NCBI GenBank assembly: GCA_951812775.1 | Contig: OX638326.1 | Location: 216,151 to 280,150 of the forward strand | Length of the DNA: 64,000 nucleotides | Reading direction: 5' to 3' | Origin: an uncultured Alphaproteobacteria bacterium | GTDB taxonomy: Bacteria; Pseudomonadota; Alphaproteobacteria; MPNO01; UBA2964 | In this document: one piece after another, positions 1 to 10,504 of the stretch | Layout of the letters: every line of letters starts with the position of its first letter | Position numbering within the stretch: position 1 is the first letter of the stretch | The notes under the pieces: generated by a model | What the model was told of the DNA's origin: nothing | The model's input: only the letters and a program-made list of their open reading frames with translations | Databases searched by the model: none | Program-made: the position numbers and the translations under genes

Positions 1-1
1 G

Positions 2-1546
2 ATTGAGGCCATCGAAACCGGCGCGACCAAATTCGTTCCCAAACACTGGGAAAATACCTATTACGAATGGATGCGGAATATCCAACCCTGGTGTATTTCA
101 CGACAGATCTGGTGGGGGCATCAAATTCCAGCGTGGTATGGACCTGATGGCGAAGCATTTGTTGCTGAATCCGCAGAGGAGGCAGCTGCTGTTGCGGAGT
201 CCCATTATGGTAAACCGACGGAATTAACTCAGGAAGAAGACGTTCTGGATACCTGGTTCTCATCAGCGCTCTGGCCGTTTTCAACACTTGGTTGGCCCGA
301 TGAGACCCCCGAAGTAGCCTGTTATTATCCAACCAATGTCCTGGTGACAGGCTTTGACATCATCTTTTTTTGGGTCGCCCGGATGATGATGATGGGGCTC
401 CACTTCATGAAGGAAGTCCCGTTCGATACCGTCTACATTCACGCTCTCGTCCGCGACGAGAAGGGTCAGAAAATGTCCAAAAGTAAGGGCAATGTCTTGG
501 ACCCGCTTGATCTGATCGATGAATATGGTGCAGACACGCTTCGATTTACGCTGACAGCAATGGCGGCGCAAGGAAGAGACATTCGTCTTTCGACCGGCCG
601 TATCGAAGGTTATCGCAACTTCATTACCAAGCTGTGGAATGCGTCCCGCTATGCAGAGATGAATGAGTGCTGGTCAAATCCGTCTTTTGCCCCGGAATCC
701 TGCACGCAAACGGTTAATCAATGGATTGTCGGGTCAGTTGTTGATACGGAGAAACAAATCGCTGTTGCCCTAGATGAATATCGTTTTAATGATGCAGCGA
801 ACGCTATTTATCAATTTACCTGGCATAGTTTCTGCGACTGGTATCTGGAATTCACCAAACCCATCCTCTCGGGTGAGGATGAGGCAGCCATTTCGGAAAC
901 GCGAGATACAATGGGATGGGTGCTCGATCAGATACTGCTGATGCTTCATCCGATGGCACCGTTCGTCACCGAAGAGCTCTGGACGGAGCTAACTCCTGAA
1001 GGTGGTCGGCAAACGCCCCTGATTACAGCACCATGGCCACAGAATGAGGCGCCGAGTGATTCAGAGGCCTCCGGAGCCGAAATGGATTGGGTTGTTAAAC
1101 TCATTTCTGAAATTCGGACTGTTCGGGCTGAAATGAATGTGCCGGCAGGGGCAAAAACCGACCTCGTGGCGCAGAGCGCCAATGAGCTGACGGCAGAGCG
1201 ACTGTCGCGACATGCTGATCTGATTATGCGGATGGCCCGTATTGAGAATATAGATGTATCAGGCGGCGAAACACCAAAAGGTGCTGCTCAGGCCATCGTT
1301 GATGAAGCGACTTACTTTCTGCCCGTAGGTGATGTCATTGACATTGCATTGGAAACTGATCGGCTGACCAAAGAGATCGACAAGGTCGAAAAAGAAATTT
1401 CTCAGCTAACCAAGAAGCTTTCCAATGAGAAATTCATATCACGTGCGCCTGCCGAGGTCGTTGAAGAAAACCGCGAACGTCTGGTTGAATATGAACGCAC
1501 GCGAGACAAACTTAAGGAAGCCCTGGACCGACTAAAGGCCCTTTAA
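2..1546 (+). CDS. valS: Valyl-tRNA synthetase, C-terminal part (5' end lies outside the window)
   Basis: The frame is open from the window edge (IEAIETGATKFVPKHWENTYYEWMRNIQPWCISRQIWWGHQIPAWY). It has the class I KMSKS motif (QKMSKSKGNVLDP) and the C-terminal coiled coil typical of ValRS. Confidence 0.95.
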   Translation: MEAIETGATKFVPKHWENTYYEWMRNIQPWCISRQIWWGHQIPAWYGPDGEAFVAESAEEAAAVAESHYGKPTELTQEEDVLDTWFSSALWPFSTLGWPDETPEVACYYPTNVLVTGFDIIFFWVARMMMMGLHFMKEVPFDTVYIHALVRDEKGQKMSKSKGNVLDPLDLIDEYGADTLRFTLTAMAAQGRDIRLSTGRIEGYRNFITKLWNASRYAEMNECWSNPSFAPESCTQTVNQWIVGSVVDTEKQIAVALDEYRFNDAANAIYQFTWHSFCDWYLEFTKPILSGEDEAAISETRDTMGWVLDQILLMLHPMAPFVTEELWTELTPEGGRQTPLITAPWPQNEAPSDSEASGAEMDWVVKLISEIRTVRAEMNVPAGAKTDLVAQSANELTAERLSRHADLIMRMARIENIDVSGGETPKGAAQAIVDEATYFLPVGDVIDIALETDRLTKEIDKVEKEISQLTKKLSNEKFISRAPAEVVEENRERLVEYERTRDKLKEALDRLKAL

Positions 1547-2878
1547 AACCCTCCGATCATTACCCAAAAGATCAGGGCAGGGACGACAACAGCGCACATC
1601 CAGCGCCATATCGGCGCCCACCGTGGCGGGGCTTCGCCCTCTGCGTTGAGGGAATTCGCTGCATCTGGCCAAAACACCCACCCGACGAACAATGCCATTC
1701 CTATTGCACCGGCAGGAAGGAGCAGCTTGGTGGCAAAGAAATCCATCAATTCGAATATGGTCATCTCAAACAGAGTGAGATCAGCCCAGGGACCGAAAGA
1801 CAGGGAAACAGGAATACCGATTAGGAAAAGAACAAGACCCGTTGCAATCGTGCCGGAACGGCGAGACACCTCGTGTTGCTCGCTTAGATGGGCAACAGAA
1901 ACTTCAAGAATCGAAATTGCCGATGTCAGAGCGGCAACCGACAACATCAGGAAGAACAGAATCCCGAAAAATGTGCCGCCCGGAATTTGTGAAAAAATTT
2001 GCGGCAGCGTAACAAAAGTTAAGGCTGGCCCCGCAGAAGGATTCTGACCGAAAGCGAAAACGGCGGGTAAAATTATCAACCCTGCCATGATTGCAAATAG
2101 GCTATCGAGTCCGACAACCCAAAGCGCATCCCCAGGCAATGATCGTTGTCGGGAGATGTAGGAACCGTAGGTGATCATCACACCCATACTGACACTTATT
2201 GAAAAGAACACCTGGGAGAGAGCGGCCTGAATTGTCGCCATTATCACTTTTGAGAAATCAGGCGTTATAAAGAAAGCGATCCCTTCACCCGCTCCGGATA
2301 ACGTAACGGATCGGGCAATCAAAACGACCATCAGGATCACGAGGCCGGGCAAGAGGATACGACACCAGCGTTCGATGCCGTTTCGGACACCACAGACCAC
2401 CAACTGCGCTTGTCACGGCCATAAACAGGGCATGAAACAGAATTGGAAGCCAGCTGTGAGAAATGAAGTTTCCGAAACTTCCTGTTGCGTTTACGGATCC
2501 TATAACGGTTTTCCAGATGAAACCTGATGTCCAACCGCCGACAACACTGTAGAAGGGAAGGATCACGACAGCGCTCAAGACGCCGATATAGCCGACTATC
2601 GGCCAGGCACCCCCTTTGAGGCGTCTAAAAGCGGCGACGGGACTGCGTTTTGCCGAACGGCCAATGGTTTTTTCCACGAGGAAGGTGCTGAAGCCCACGG
2701 TGAAAACGATGGCGAGGTAGAGAATAATAAAGGCGCCACCGCCATTTTCGCTGGCGACATAGGGAAATCGCCAGATATTTCCCAGACCAACGGCGGATCC
2801 CGCTGCGGCAATTATAAATCCGCCCCGTGACTGCCAACTCTCTCGTGCTTCGGTCATTTCAGCCTCGCGTTCTACCAT
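1543..2878 (-). pseudogene. Neurotransmitter:sodium symporter (NSS/SNF) family transporter, split by a frameshift near 2396-2406
   Basis: The N-terminal ORF 2285..2878 carries the NSS signature GSAVGLGNIWRFPYVASENGGGAFI. The C-terminal ORF 1543..2403 continues the family (VCGVRNGIERWCRILLPGLVILMVVLIARSVTLSGAGEGIAFFITPDFSKV) in another frame. Confidence 0.8.
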
Positions 2879-2952
2879 CGTGCTTTGCGGCGGCGACCCT
2901 AGCCGCTATTTTGCGCGATAATCAGGTGATAAATCAAAGGGAGCGCAAAAGA

Positions 2953-3843
2953 ATGAAAATTCGCATCGGCACAAGCGAAATCGACGGAACCTTTCACCGA
3001 CAAGGGGAAGCCATTGCAAAGCTCTTGCGTTCCAACCATACCGTCAACATTGAGCCCATGGCCGGATCAAGTGTCGGAAGTGCCTTGGGTCTCCATTCAG
3101 GCGACCTTCAGTTCGGATTCTCTGCATCAAACTGGGTAGGGCGGGCTCTGCGTGGGGAAGATCCCTTTGAAGAGCCCATTGGTATCAGAATGGCGGCCCC
3201 GGCCAATGTTGGTCCAATGTTTTTTGTTGTGCGCGCCGATTCTGATCTCCACACAATTGACGGCATGAAAGGTCGCAGGGTCTCCGTAAATGTTGCTAAT
3301 AGCGGTATGTACCAACATACCAGAACGATCTTTGGTATTCTGGGGATCTCCTTTGATTCCTTTGAACCGGTCCATATGACTTTTGAGGAAGGCGCAGCGG
3401 CCCTTAAATCCGGTGCGATTGATGCGCAATGGCAATGTCCTATTCCCAATCCGGTGATGACCGAACTCGCCAACAGCACTGATGTGCGTGTGCTCGAATA
3501 CGGTCCCGGCCAGTTGGAGAAGGTTATCGCCGAAGCAACGTTTTATCGTCGGGCTGTGATGCCTGTTGATGCTTTCAGAGGTATTGAACAGGAAACAGCC
3601 CAAGTTGGTGTTTTAAATGTCATCGCCACACATAAACGGGTCGATGACGCAATGGTCCACGAATTTGTATCGACGATGATCAACAATGCTAAGGCGCTCG
3701 GAGAGTCATTAGAGCTTTATCGCCGGTTGGCAGATCTGTTCGCTGAATTAAAAACCGAAGGCCGGTCGGTTTTCGAACCGGGCGGGGTTTCACTCCACCC
3801 CGGTGCCGTGCAGGCATACCGTGAAGCTGGTCTTTTGAGCTAA
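2953..3843 (+). CDS. TAXI-family TRAP transporter solute-binding-like protein (no signal peptide seen, no permease adjacent)
   Basis: The pattern IRIGTSEIDGTFHRQGEAIAKLL ... DLQFGF ... MFFVVRADSDLHTIDGMKGRRVSV ... AALKSGAIDAQW fits TAXI/NMT1-like binding proteins. The ATG at 2953 is preceded by GGGAG. The longer GTG start at 2827 would overlap the divergent NSS gene. Confidence 0.6.
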   Translation: MKIRIGTSEIDGTFHRQGEAIAKLLRSNHTVNIEPMAGSSVGSALGLHSGDLQFGFSASNWVGRALRGEDPFEEPIGIRMAAPANVGPMFFVVRADSDLHTIDGMKGRRVSVNVANSGMYQHTRTIFGILGISFDSFEPVHMTFEEGAAALKSGAIDAQWQCPIPNPVMTELANSTDVRVLEYGPGQLEKVIAEATFYRRAVMPVDAFRGIEQETAQVGVLNVIATHKRVDDAMVHEFVSTMINNAKALGESLELYRRLADLFAELKTEGRSVFEPGGVSLHPGAVQAYREAGLLS

Positions 3844-3925
3844 CGGGCATTAAGTGACTAGGCAGATCGCAGCCTGCGGACTATGTTGCGCCCCAATTGA
3901 ATTCATGTAGGAAAAGAGGATTCCG

Positions 3926-5701
3926 ATGCCTGACGGATCACGCGTAGCCAGCAAACGCAAACCCGCCAAAAAACGTGCGGCAAAGAAAAAGTTTAACAAA
4001 GCCAAGCTGCCAAGCCGTCACGTGACGGAAGGACCGGAAAGAGCGCCGCATCGTAGCTATCTGTATGCGATGGGGCTAACAGATGAACAAATTCATCAGC
4101 CTTTGGTAGGTGTCGCAACCTGCTGGAATGAGGCAGCACCCTGCAATATCTCGCTTTCCCGTCAGGCGCAGGCTGCCAAGCGCGGCGTCGCGGAGAATGG
4201 TGGAACGCCACGCGAGTTTACGACGATCACTGTGACCGACGGCATCGCCATGGGGCATGCCGGCATGAAATCTTCTCTGGTTTCACGCGAAGTTATCGCT
4301 GACTCCGTTGAACTGACGATGCGTGGGCATTGTTATGATGCACTGGTTGGACTTGCCGGATGCGATAAATCATTGCCCGGAATGATGATGGCCATGGTCA
4401 GACTCAATGTCCCCAGCATATTCATTTACGGTGGCACCATCCTGCCGGGTCGTTTTCAGGGACGTGATGTAACCGTTGTTGATGTCTTTGAAGGTGTCGG
4501 CATGCATGCCGCCGGGAAGATGAGTGATGCCGACCTCGAAAAGCTGGAAAGCGTTGCTTGTCCCTGTGCCGGATCTTGTGGTGGCCAGTTTACCGCGAAC
4601 ACAATGGCCTGTGTATCCGAAGCAATGGGTTTGGCTTTACCGGGATCAGCAGGCGCACCAGCCTCGTTTAAATCGCGGGATAAGGTGGTTCGTGAGACGG
4701 GCGCCGGCGTTATGCATTGTCTTGAGAAGAATATTCGTCCTCGCGATGTTGTCACAAAGGAATCGTTGGATAATGCGGCCAAGGTGGTTGCGGCTACGGG
4801 CGGCTCTACAAATGCGGCCCTTCATCTGCCAGCAATCGCACATGAAGCGGGAATCAAATACACACTTGATGACGTTGCGAAGATTTTCAAGAAAACGCCG
4901 TATATCGCGGATTTGATGCCCGGCGGAAAATACACGGCTACCGATATGTACCGCATTGGCGGGGCTCCGGTTGTCATCAAGGAACTTCTTCGTGCCGGCA
5001 TTTTGAATGGAGATTGCCTGACAGTTACCGGGAAAACGCTTGCCCAAAACCATCGAAGTGTAAAATTCCCAAAAAACCAGGATGTTGTTTACCGGGTAAA
5101 AGATGCGATTACGCCGACCGGTGGTGTTGTCGGACTCAAGGGAAATCTTGCGCCGGACGGGGCTATTGTGAAGGTCGCGGGCATGGAAAATCTAACTTTT
5201 AAGGGGCCTGCTCGCGTATTTGACTGTGAAGAAGATGCCTTTGAAGCCGTCGTAAATGACAAGATCAATGAAGGCGATGTCATAATCATCCGCTATGAAG
5301 GTCCAAAAGGTGGGCCGGGGATGCGGGAGATGTTGTCGACAACCGCTGCTCTCTATGGACGAGGAATGGGAGAGAAAGTCGCCCTGATTACGGACGGGCG
5401 CTTCTCAGGCGGAACACGCGGTTTCTGCATCGGTCATGTTGGACCGGAAGCGGCAGTTGGAGGCCCTATTGGTTTGCTCAAGAACGGTGATGTCATCACA
5501 ATTGATGCCAATAAAGGCAAAATGGATGTCGCGTTAAGCAAGGCGGAACTCGCCTGGCGGAAAAAAGTCTGGAAACCCCGTAAACATGATTTTCAGTCGG
5601 GAGCGCTTTGGCGCTATGCGCAAACCGTAGGACCAGCCTCCTCCGGTGCGGTTGTTCATCCGGGCGGCAAAGCTGAAAGTCATTGTTACGCAGATATTTA
5701 G
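3926..5701 (+). CDS. ilvD: Dihydroxy-acid dehydratase with a Lys/Arg-rich N-terminal extension
   Basis: IlvD/Edd motifs are present: [40 protein letters not shown] and [12 protein letters not shown]. The ATG has an AAGAGGA RBS. Confidence 0.93.
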   Translation: MPDGSRVASKRKPAKKRAAKKKFNKAKLPSRHVTEGPERAPHRSYLYAMGLTDEQIHQPLVGVATCWNEAAPCNISLSRQAQAAKRGVAENGGTPREFTTITVTDGIAMGHAGMKSSLVSREVIADSVELTMRGHCYDALVGLAGCDKSLPGMMMAMVRLNVPSIFIYGGTILPGRFQGRDVTVVDVFEGVGMHAAGKMSDADLEKLESVACPCAGSCGGQFTANTMACVSEAMGLALPGSAGAPASFKSRDKVVRETGAGVMHCLEKNIRPRDVVTKESLDNAAKVVAATGGSTNAALHLPAIAHEAGIKYTLDDVAKIFKKTPYIADLMPGGKYTATDMYRIGGAPVVIKELLRAGILNGDCLTVTGKTLAQNHRSVKFPKNQDVVYRVKDAITPTGGVVGLKGNLAPDGAIVKVAGMENLTFKGPARVFDCEEDAFEAVVNDKINEGDVIIIRYEGPKGGPGMREMLSTTAALYGRGMGEKVALITDGRFSGGTRGFCIGHVGPEAAVGGPIGLLKNGDVITIDANKGKMDVALSKAELAWRKKVWKPRKHDFQSGALWRYAQTVGPASSGAVVHPGGKAESHCYADI

Positions 5702-5898
5702 GCGGAAAGTTATTTAAGTTAACTATTAATATTAACCATTAAGCTGTTGATATTTATAAAAAACTTATTGCCTAAACTGTCGGGCCAGCGTAACCTGCTG
5801 AAATAGTTGAAGAGATTCTTGACGGTCCGAAAAGAGCTAAATAGCCAGCCCGCAGAATCTTAAAATTTTGGTCTGCTGGTTCCTCAATTATTAAATTG

Positions 5899-6087
5899 AT
5901 GGATCAGCCCAAAAAAGACGGGATGAGAGCAATGTCGGACAGTGTTTCGCCAGGGATTTCGCGTTTTATCGACGGACTTAGTGAAGAAGAACGTGAGGAT
6001 CTAAAACTGGTTTTGCGGGATTCAAACACCTATCTCGCCGAAGATATGGACGACGTGATCGCTATTTTGAACCAGATTAAGAGCTAA
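5899..6087 (+). CDS. Hypothetical small acidic protein
   Basis: An ORF in the track is the only support, and I recognise no family. It sits in an AT-rich intergenic context. Confidence 0.25.
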   Translation: MDQPKKDGMRAMSDSVSPGISRFIDGLSEEEREDLKLVLRDSNTYLAEDMDDVIAILNQIKS

Positions 6088-6158
6088 TTCGCGTTCAAAA
6101 CGCAAGGAAACCAGGTAAATCCTGCTAAGACGCATCCCGGTGATGGTGGCCTAAGTCT

Positions 6159-7760
6159 TTAATCAAAGACCGTTTCGACATAATGCTCTGAGTTCACCAC
6201 GGCCTCAATTACCGTTGGACCAGCTGCCTTCAGCGCTTGCTCGACTGCATTTTGCAAACCATCTGGGTCGCGAATTCCGGTTGCGGGAACACCGAAGTAA
6301 TGTTCCGGCGGGTCTCGATATTCCTCGGGCTGCAACTCGGTTCCGTAAATTCCATACTGCCGGCGCATTTGTTTGACCCGGATTAAACCCAGCCAGCGGT
6401 CGTCCAAAACCACTACCGGAAGGGTAATTCCAAGTCTTTTTGCCGTTGCCAACTCACCGCAAGTCATCTGAAAACAGCCATCGCCAATGAGGCAAACGAC
6501 CGGCAGGCTAGGGTTTGCCAACTTAGCTGCGATTGCGCCGGGTAAACCGAACCCCATGGATGACCAACCGTTGGTAATCAGAAATCGTTTGGCCGCCTGT
6601 GAATTCCATTGGCTTGCGATCTGGTGGGTATGGGCACCAACATCAAAACTCAAAATGCCTTCTTGTGGTAGCGCCGCTCGGACGGCGTCGATTGCCTGAT
6701 AGGCTGTAAAGCCGGTATTTTCTGGTCGCAGCAGTGCATTGAAAGCCTTCCGATGGCTTTCCAACTCATCCCCTGTCCAGTCGTTTGGCGCAGCCTGTGC
6801 GTCAGTGAGGGCTCTTAGTGAATGGCTTAACTCGCCAACGACTTCGTGTTCCAAATTTACGCTATCAGCGAGATCAGCACTCTCGATATCAATTTGCAGG
6901 AGCGGCGTATCATCAATCCACGCTTCAAACTCCACTTCGATCGTGTCATAGCCCAGCCCAATGATCAGATCGGATGAACGCAGGAATTTGCGTTGATGTT
7001 GTCTGCACGCGCGTTCGATACAGCCGATAGCCAGCGGATGATTGTCATCAATTAGCCCTTTCGCCATCGTCGTTGTTGCGAAAGGTATCTGATGTTTTTC
7101 GATAAAGGCTTTGAGGGCGCCATGGTCCTCGATTCGCATCGCCGTTGAGCCGAGTATAGCAATAGGTCGTTTTGCAGCCGCTAGAACGTTAATAGCCTGA
7201 TCAATCGCTGCCTGTGAACATGCTGCTTGATCTTCAGGTTTGTCGAGCTGGGGAACTTCTTCCTGTGCGGCGGCCAGGGCGACATCTTCAGGCAGGTCCA
7301 GATGGACAGGGCCACAGGGCTCTGTCATCGCGAGTTTAATAGCTTCCGCCATGCTCTCTGCGACATTTCCTTCCCTCAAGGGGAGGGTAGCCTTGGTAAT
7401 CGGCGCGAACAGGGCGTGATGGTCGATATACATCTGAATACGCCGCCCAAGCTGATCTGTATTCAGGTTACAGGTGATTGCGATCATAGGAGATCGATCC
7501 AGCCAGGCATTCCCAACACCGGTCGCCAGATTGGTCGCACCCGGGCCGAGGGTGGCAATGCAGAATCCCGGAACGCCGGTAAGACGCCCGGTTACATCGG
7601 CTGCAAAGCCCGCGGACCCCTCATGGGCAGTTAAAACAAACTCTACACCGCCGGTCCGCATAGCTTCCATGACCGGAAGAACGTTGCCGCTCGGAATGCC
7701 AAAACCGTGCTTCACACCCGCTTTCTTGAGCGTGGCAACAATCAGTTCTGCATTATTCAT
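6159..7760 (-). CDS. Thiamine-diphosphate-dependent enzyme of the acetolactate synthase large subunit family
   Basis: The N-terminal TPP-enzyme pyrimidine-binding domain is present (LTAHEGSAGFAADVTGRLTGVPGFCIATLGPGATNLATGVGNAWLDRSPMIAI). So is the C-terminal TPP-binding motif (IGDGCFQMTCGELATA). Confidence 0.8.
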   Translation of the reverse strand: MNNAELIVATLKKAGVKHGFGIPSGNVLPVMEAMRTGGVEFVLTAHEGSAGFAADVTGRLTGVPGFCIATLGPGATNLATGVGNAWLDRSPMIAITCNLNTDQLGRRIQMYIDHHALFAPITKATLPLREGNVAESMAEAIKLAMTEPCGPVHLDLPEDVALAAAQEEVPQLDKPEDQAACSQAAIDQAINVLAAAKRPIAILGSTAMRIEDHGALKAFIEKHQIPFATTTMAKGLIDDNHPLAIGCIERACRQHQRKFLRSSDLIIGLGYDTIEVEFEAWIDDTPLLQIDIESADLADSVNLEHEVVGELSHSLRALTDAQAAPNDWTGDELESHRKAFNALLRPENTGFTAYQAIDAVRAALPQEGILSFDVGAHTHQIASQWNSQAAKRFLITNGWSSMGFGLPGAIAAKLANPSLPVVCLIGDGCFQMTCGELATAKRLGITLPVVVLDDRWLGLIRVKQMRRQYGIYGTELQPEEYRDPPEHYFGVPATGIRDPDGLQNAVEQALKAAGPTVIEAVVNSEHYVETVFD

Positions 7761-7939
7761 TTCTGATTTCTAAACCACTGAACGACATAGGAAAGAAGAG
7801 TGCAGATCGTCGTTCCCAGAACAACAAAGATCAGAACACCCGCGATGAGTTTTACAGGATCGCTAACACCTTGCTGGGTATAGGCAATGGATGCCCAAAT
7901 CAATCCAAACAAGGTTGCACCAACAATATAACGTTGCAT
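7757..7939 (-). CDS. Small two-TM membrane protein, hypothetical
   Basis: The 60-aa ORF has two hydrophobic helices. Its start overlaps the xthA stop by 1 nt and its stop overlaps the downstream TPP-enzyme start by 4 nt. Confidence 0.45.
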   Translation of the reverse strand: MQRYIVGATLFGLIWASIAYTQQGVSDPVKLIAGVLIFVVLGTTICTLLSYVVQWFRNQK

Positions 7940-8727
7940 CAGATTTCAGCCTCTTCGTCTGCAATCACACACCAGACTGGTGTGTGATCTGAAGGTTTTT
8001 CCTTACCCCGGGGCGTTTTGTCTATATCACATTTGATCAGACGGTCTGACGCTTGAGGGGATAATAAAAGATGATCAATCCGTATCCCAAAATCCTTTTG
8101 CCATGCACCCCCTGTATAATCCCAGTAACTATAACGTCCCGGTTCGGGGTTGAGGGCGCGGAAAGCTTCTGTCAGGCCAAGATTCAAAAGGGCGCGAAAG
8201 CGATTACGGGATTCCGGCTGACATAAGGCATCATCTACCCAGCGAGCTGGGTCGTGACAATCTCCATCTGCGGGTATGACATTGTAGTCTCCGCCGAGGA
8301 CAAACGCCTCTTCATTGGTCAGTAAATCTTCGGCGTGGGCAATTAACCGGTCCATCCAGCTAATTTTGTAATCGAATTTCTCTCCGGGGACCGGATTGCC
8401 GTTAGGAAGATAGATTGAGGCAACGCGCAGGCCACCCGTAAAGGCTTCGATATAACGGGCTTGTTCATCATTATCGTCACCCGGCAGTCCGCAGCGCACA
8501 TCTTCAATCGAAAATTTCGACAAAATCGCAACGCCGTTATAGGTCTTCTGGCCATGGATCGCGAGATTGTAGCCAAGTTCCTCGATTTCCAATCCTGGAA
8601 AGGCGTTATCGACGACCTTGATTTCTTGGAGAAGCGCGATATCAGGCGAAAACTCTTCCAGCCATTCCAGCACCCGCGGCAGGCGGGCACGGATAGAATT
8701 GACGTTCCAGGTCGCTATTTTAGCCAT
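7939..8727 (-). CDS. xthA: Exodeoxyribonuclease III
   Basis: MAKIATWNVNSIRARLPRVLEWL..., the LLQEIK motif and the C-terminal SDHTPV are typical of the Xth/APE1 EEP family. Confidence 0.92.
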   Translation of the reverse strand: MAKIATWNVNSIRARLPRVLEWLEEFSPDIALLQEIKVVDNAFPGLEIEELGYNLAIHGQKTYNGVAILSKFSIEDVRCGLPGDDNDEQARYIEAFTGGLRVASIYLPNGNPVPGEKFDYKISWMDRLIAHAEDLLTNEEAFVLGGDYNVIPADGDCHDPARWVDDALCQPESRNRFRALLNLGLTEAFRALNPEPGRYSYWDYTGGAWQKDFGIRIDHLLLSPQASDRLIKCDIDKTPRGKEKPSDHTPVWCVIADEEAEI

Positions 8728-8801
8728 TCTTCATCCCGGCAGTTTGGCAACAAATTATGAGAGATCGTGCTGCGTTGTTGTTCTAACGCAAAAAGCCGGA
8801 T

Positions 8802-9149
8802 TCAGCCAATCGAGAACGAAACACCGCAGCCACAGGTGGAGGCTGCGTTGGGATTACGCATTGTAAAAAAGGAACCGACCAATTCTTCGGCGTAATGCAA
8901 TTCACTTCCGACAACATATTCCCAGGACATTTCGTCTATCAGGACTTCGACACCATCCCGTTCGATGACACAGTCATCGCCATTTTTCTCGTCATCAAAT
9001 GAAAAGGCATATTGAAACCCTGAACAACCGCCGCCGGAAACCGCGACACGGAATTGCATGTCTTTAAATTCACCGTCCGACGTGAGATTACGGATTCTTT
9101 TAACAGCACTTTCGCTGATCTGAACGGTTTGTTCGGGTGAGTCTGTCAT
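8802..9149 (-). CDS. erpA: Iron-sulfur cluster insertion protein (HesB/IscA/ErpA family)
   Basis: FRVAVSGGGCSGFQYAFSFDDE and the C-terminal STCGCGVSF cysteine motif are present. The track ORF starts at a TTG (9191); the internal ATG at 9149 gives the usual length. Confidence 0.88.
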   Translation of the reverse strand: MTDSPEQTVQISESAVKRIRNLTSDGEFKDMQFRVAVSGGGCSGFQYAFSFDDEKNGDDCVIERDGVEVLIDEMSWEYVVGSELHYAEELVGSFFTMRNPNAASTCGCGVSFSIG

Positions 9150-9309
9150 TTTAGCGATATTATCCAGTTGCCGACTGACATTAGCATACAATCTTTATCA
9201 AACGGTAATTAAGGACGAGATGGGTAGTGGTCAACAGCTTGTTTAAAAGTTTTAGGGCAACGGCGCATGCCGAATTGCCTGGAACGTATGAGATAATTAG
9301 GTTCCAGCC

Positions 9310-10503
9310 ATGAATCCTGAGGGCATATCCCAAACAACCACGGCCATCGTCGATTACGCCAGCGATCCTGCATCGAGTCGCGGCAGGCTATTTGACGAAA
9401 CCGAAAGCCAAACGCGATCGGTTTTTCAGCGGGATAGAGACCGCATCGTACATTCTAGCGCCTTCCGGCGTTTGAAATATAAAACGCAGGTTTTCGTGTA
9501 TCACGAGGGCGACCATTACCGAACGCGGCTTACCCATAGCCTGGAGGTCGCACAGATTGCACGCTCCCTGGCCCGGGTGTTGGGAACCAATGAAGATATG
9601 GCAGAGGCCTTGGCCCTGGCGCATGATCTCGGTCATCCTCCTTTCGGCCATGCCGGGGAAGATGCGCTTCAGAAGGTTATGGAGCCTTATGGTGGATTTG
9701 ATCACAACGGACATGCCGTTCGTATCGTTACCCAACTCGAAGCCCGCTACGCGGATTTTGATGGATTAAATTTAACATGGGAAACATTAGAGGGATTGGC
9801 CAAGCATAATGGTCCTCTCATTGCTAAATCCGGGGATACCAGCAAATTACCCTGGGCTTTGGCGGAGTATGCGTCTCGGCAGGATCTGGAATGGCACACC
9901 CAGCCAGGCATCGAAGCCCAAATTGCTGCGCTGGCAGATGATATCGCCTACAACACTCATGATGTGGACGATGGTTTGCGTGCCGGCTTGTTCAGTGTTG
10001 AGGATTTGCAAGAACAACCGCTTGTGGGTCCGGTAATTGCCGAAGTCACCAGAAAGTATCCCAACCTCGAAAAAGGGCGGGTGATTCACGAAACAACGCG
10101 CCGAATGATAGATCGAATGGTCGATGATTTATTGACCGAAACAAGAACCCGTATTGATCAGTTTCAACCATCTTCTGCTGAATCCGTGCGCGGCTTGAAT
10201 GAGCCTGTGGTTGCGTTATCCCGTGATATGATGGAAATGAACCGGGGATTAAAAGCATTTTTGTTTGAGCGGATGTATCGACATCCGCGTGTAAACAGAA
10301 TGACGAACAAGGCCAGCAGAGTTATTCAGGATCTGTTTAAGCTGTTTGTTTTAGAAACCGGGTTAATGCCGGTTGATTGGCAACGAAAACTCGACAATGC
10401 CGATGATACGGATCGGGCGAGAATGGTTACGGATTACATTGCCGGCATGACGGATAGATTCGCTTTGGAAGAACATCGGCGGCAATTTGATTTGTACGAA
10501 TAA
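9310..10503 (+). CDS. dgt: dGTP triphosphohydrolase-like HD-domain protein
   Basis: [24 protein letters not shown], the HD motif ([11 protein letters not shown] ... [11 protein letters not shown]) and [12 protein letters not shown] are present. Confidence 0.9.
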   Translation: MNPEGISQTTTAIVDYASDPASSRGRLFDETESQTRSVFQRDRDRIVHSSAFRRLKYKTQVFVYHEGDHYRTRLTHSLEVAQIARSLARVLGTNEDMAEALALAHDLGHPPFGHAGEDALQKVMEPYGGFDHNGHAVRIVTQLEARYADFDGLNLTWETLEGLAKHNGPLIAKSGDTSKLPWALAEYASRQDLEWHTQPGIEAQIAALADDIAYNTHDVDDGLRAGLFSVEDLQEQPLVGPVIAEVTRKYPNLEKGRVIHETTRRMIDRMVDDLLTETRTRIDQFQPSSAESVRGLNEPVVALSRDMMEMNRGLKAFLFERMYRHPRVNRMTNKASRVIQDLFKLFVLETGLMPVDWQRKLDNADDTDRARMVTDYIAGMTDRFALEEHRRQFDLYE

Positions 10504-10504
10504 A

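Noticed and set aside
3-227. 74-aa plus-strand ORF at the window start
   Set aside because: It is in an alternative frame fully inside valS, whose frame shows strong family motifs.
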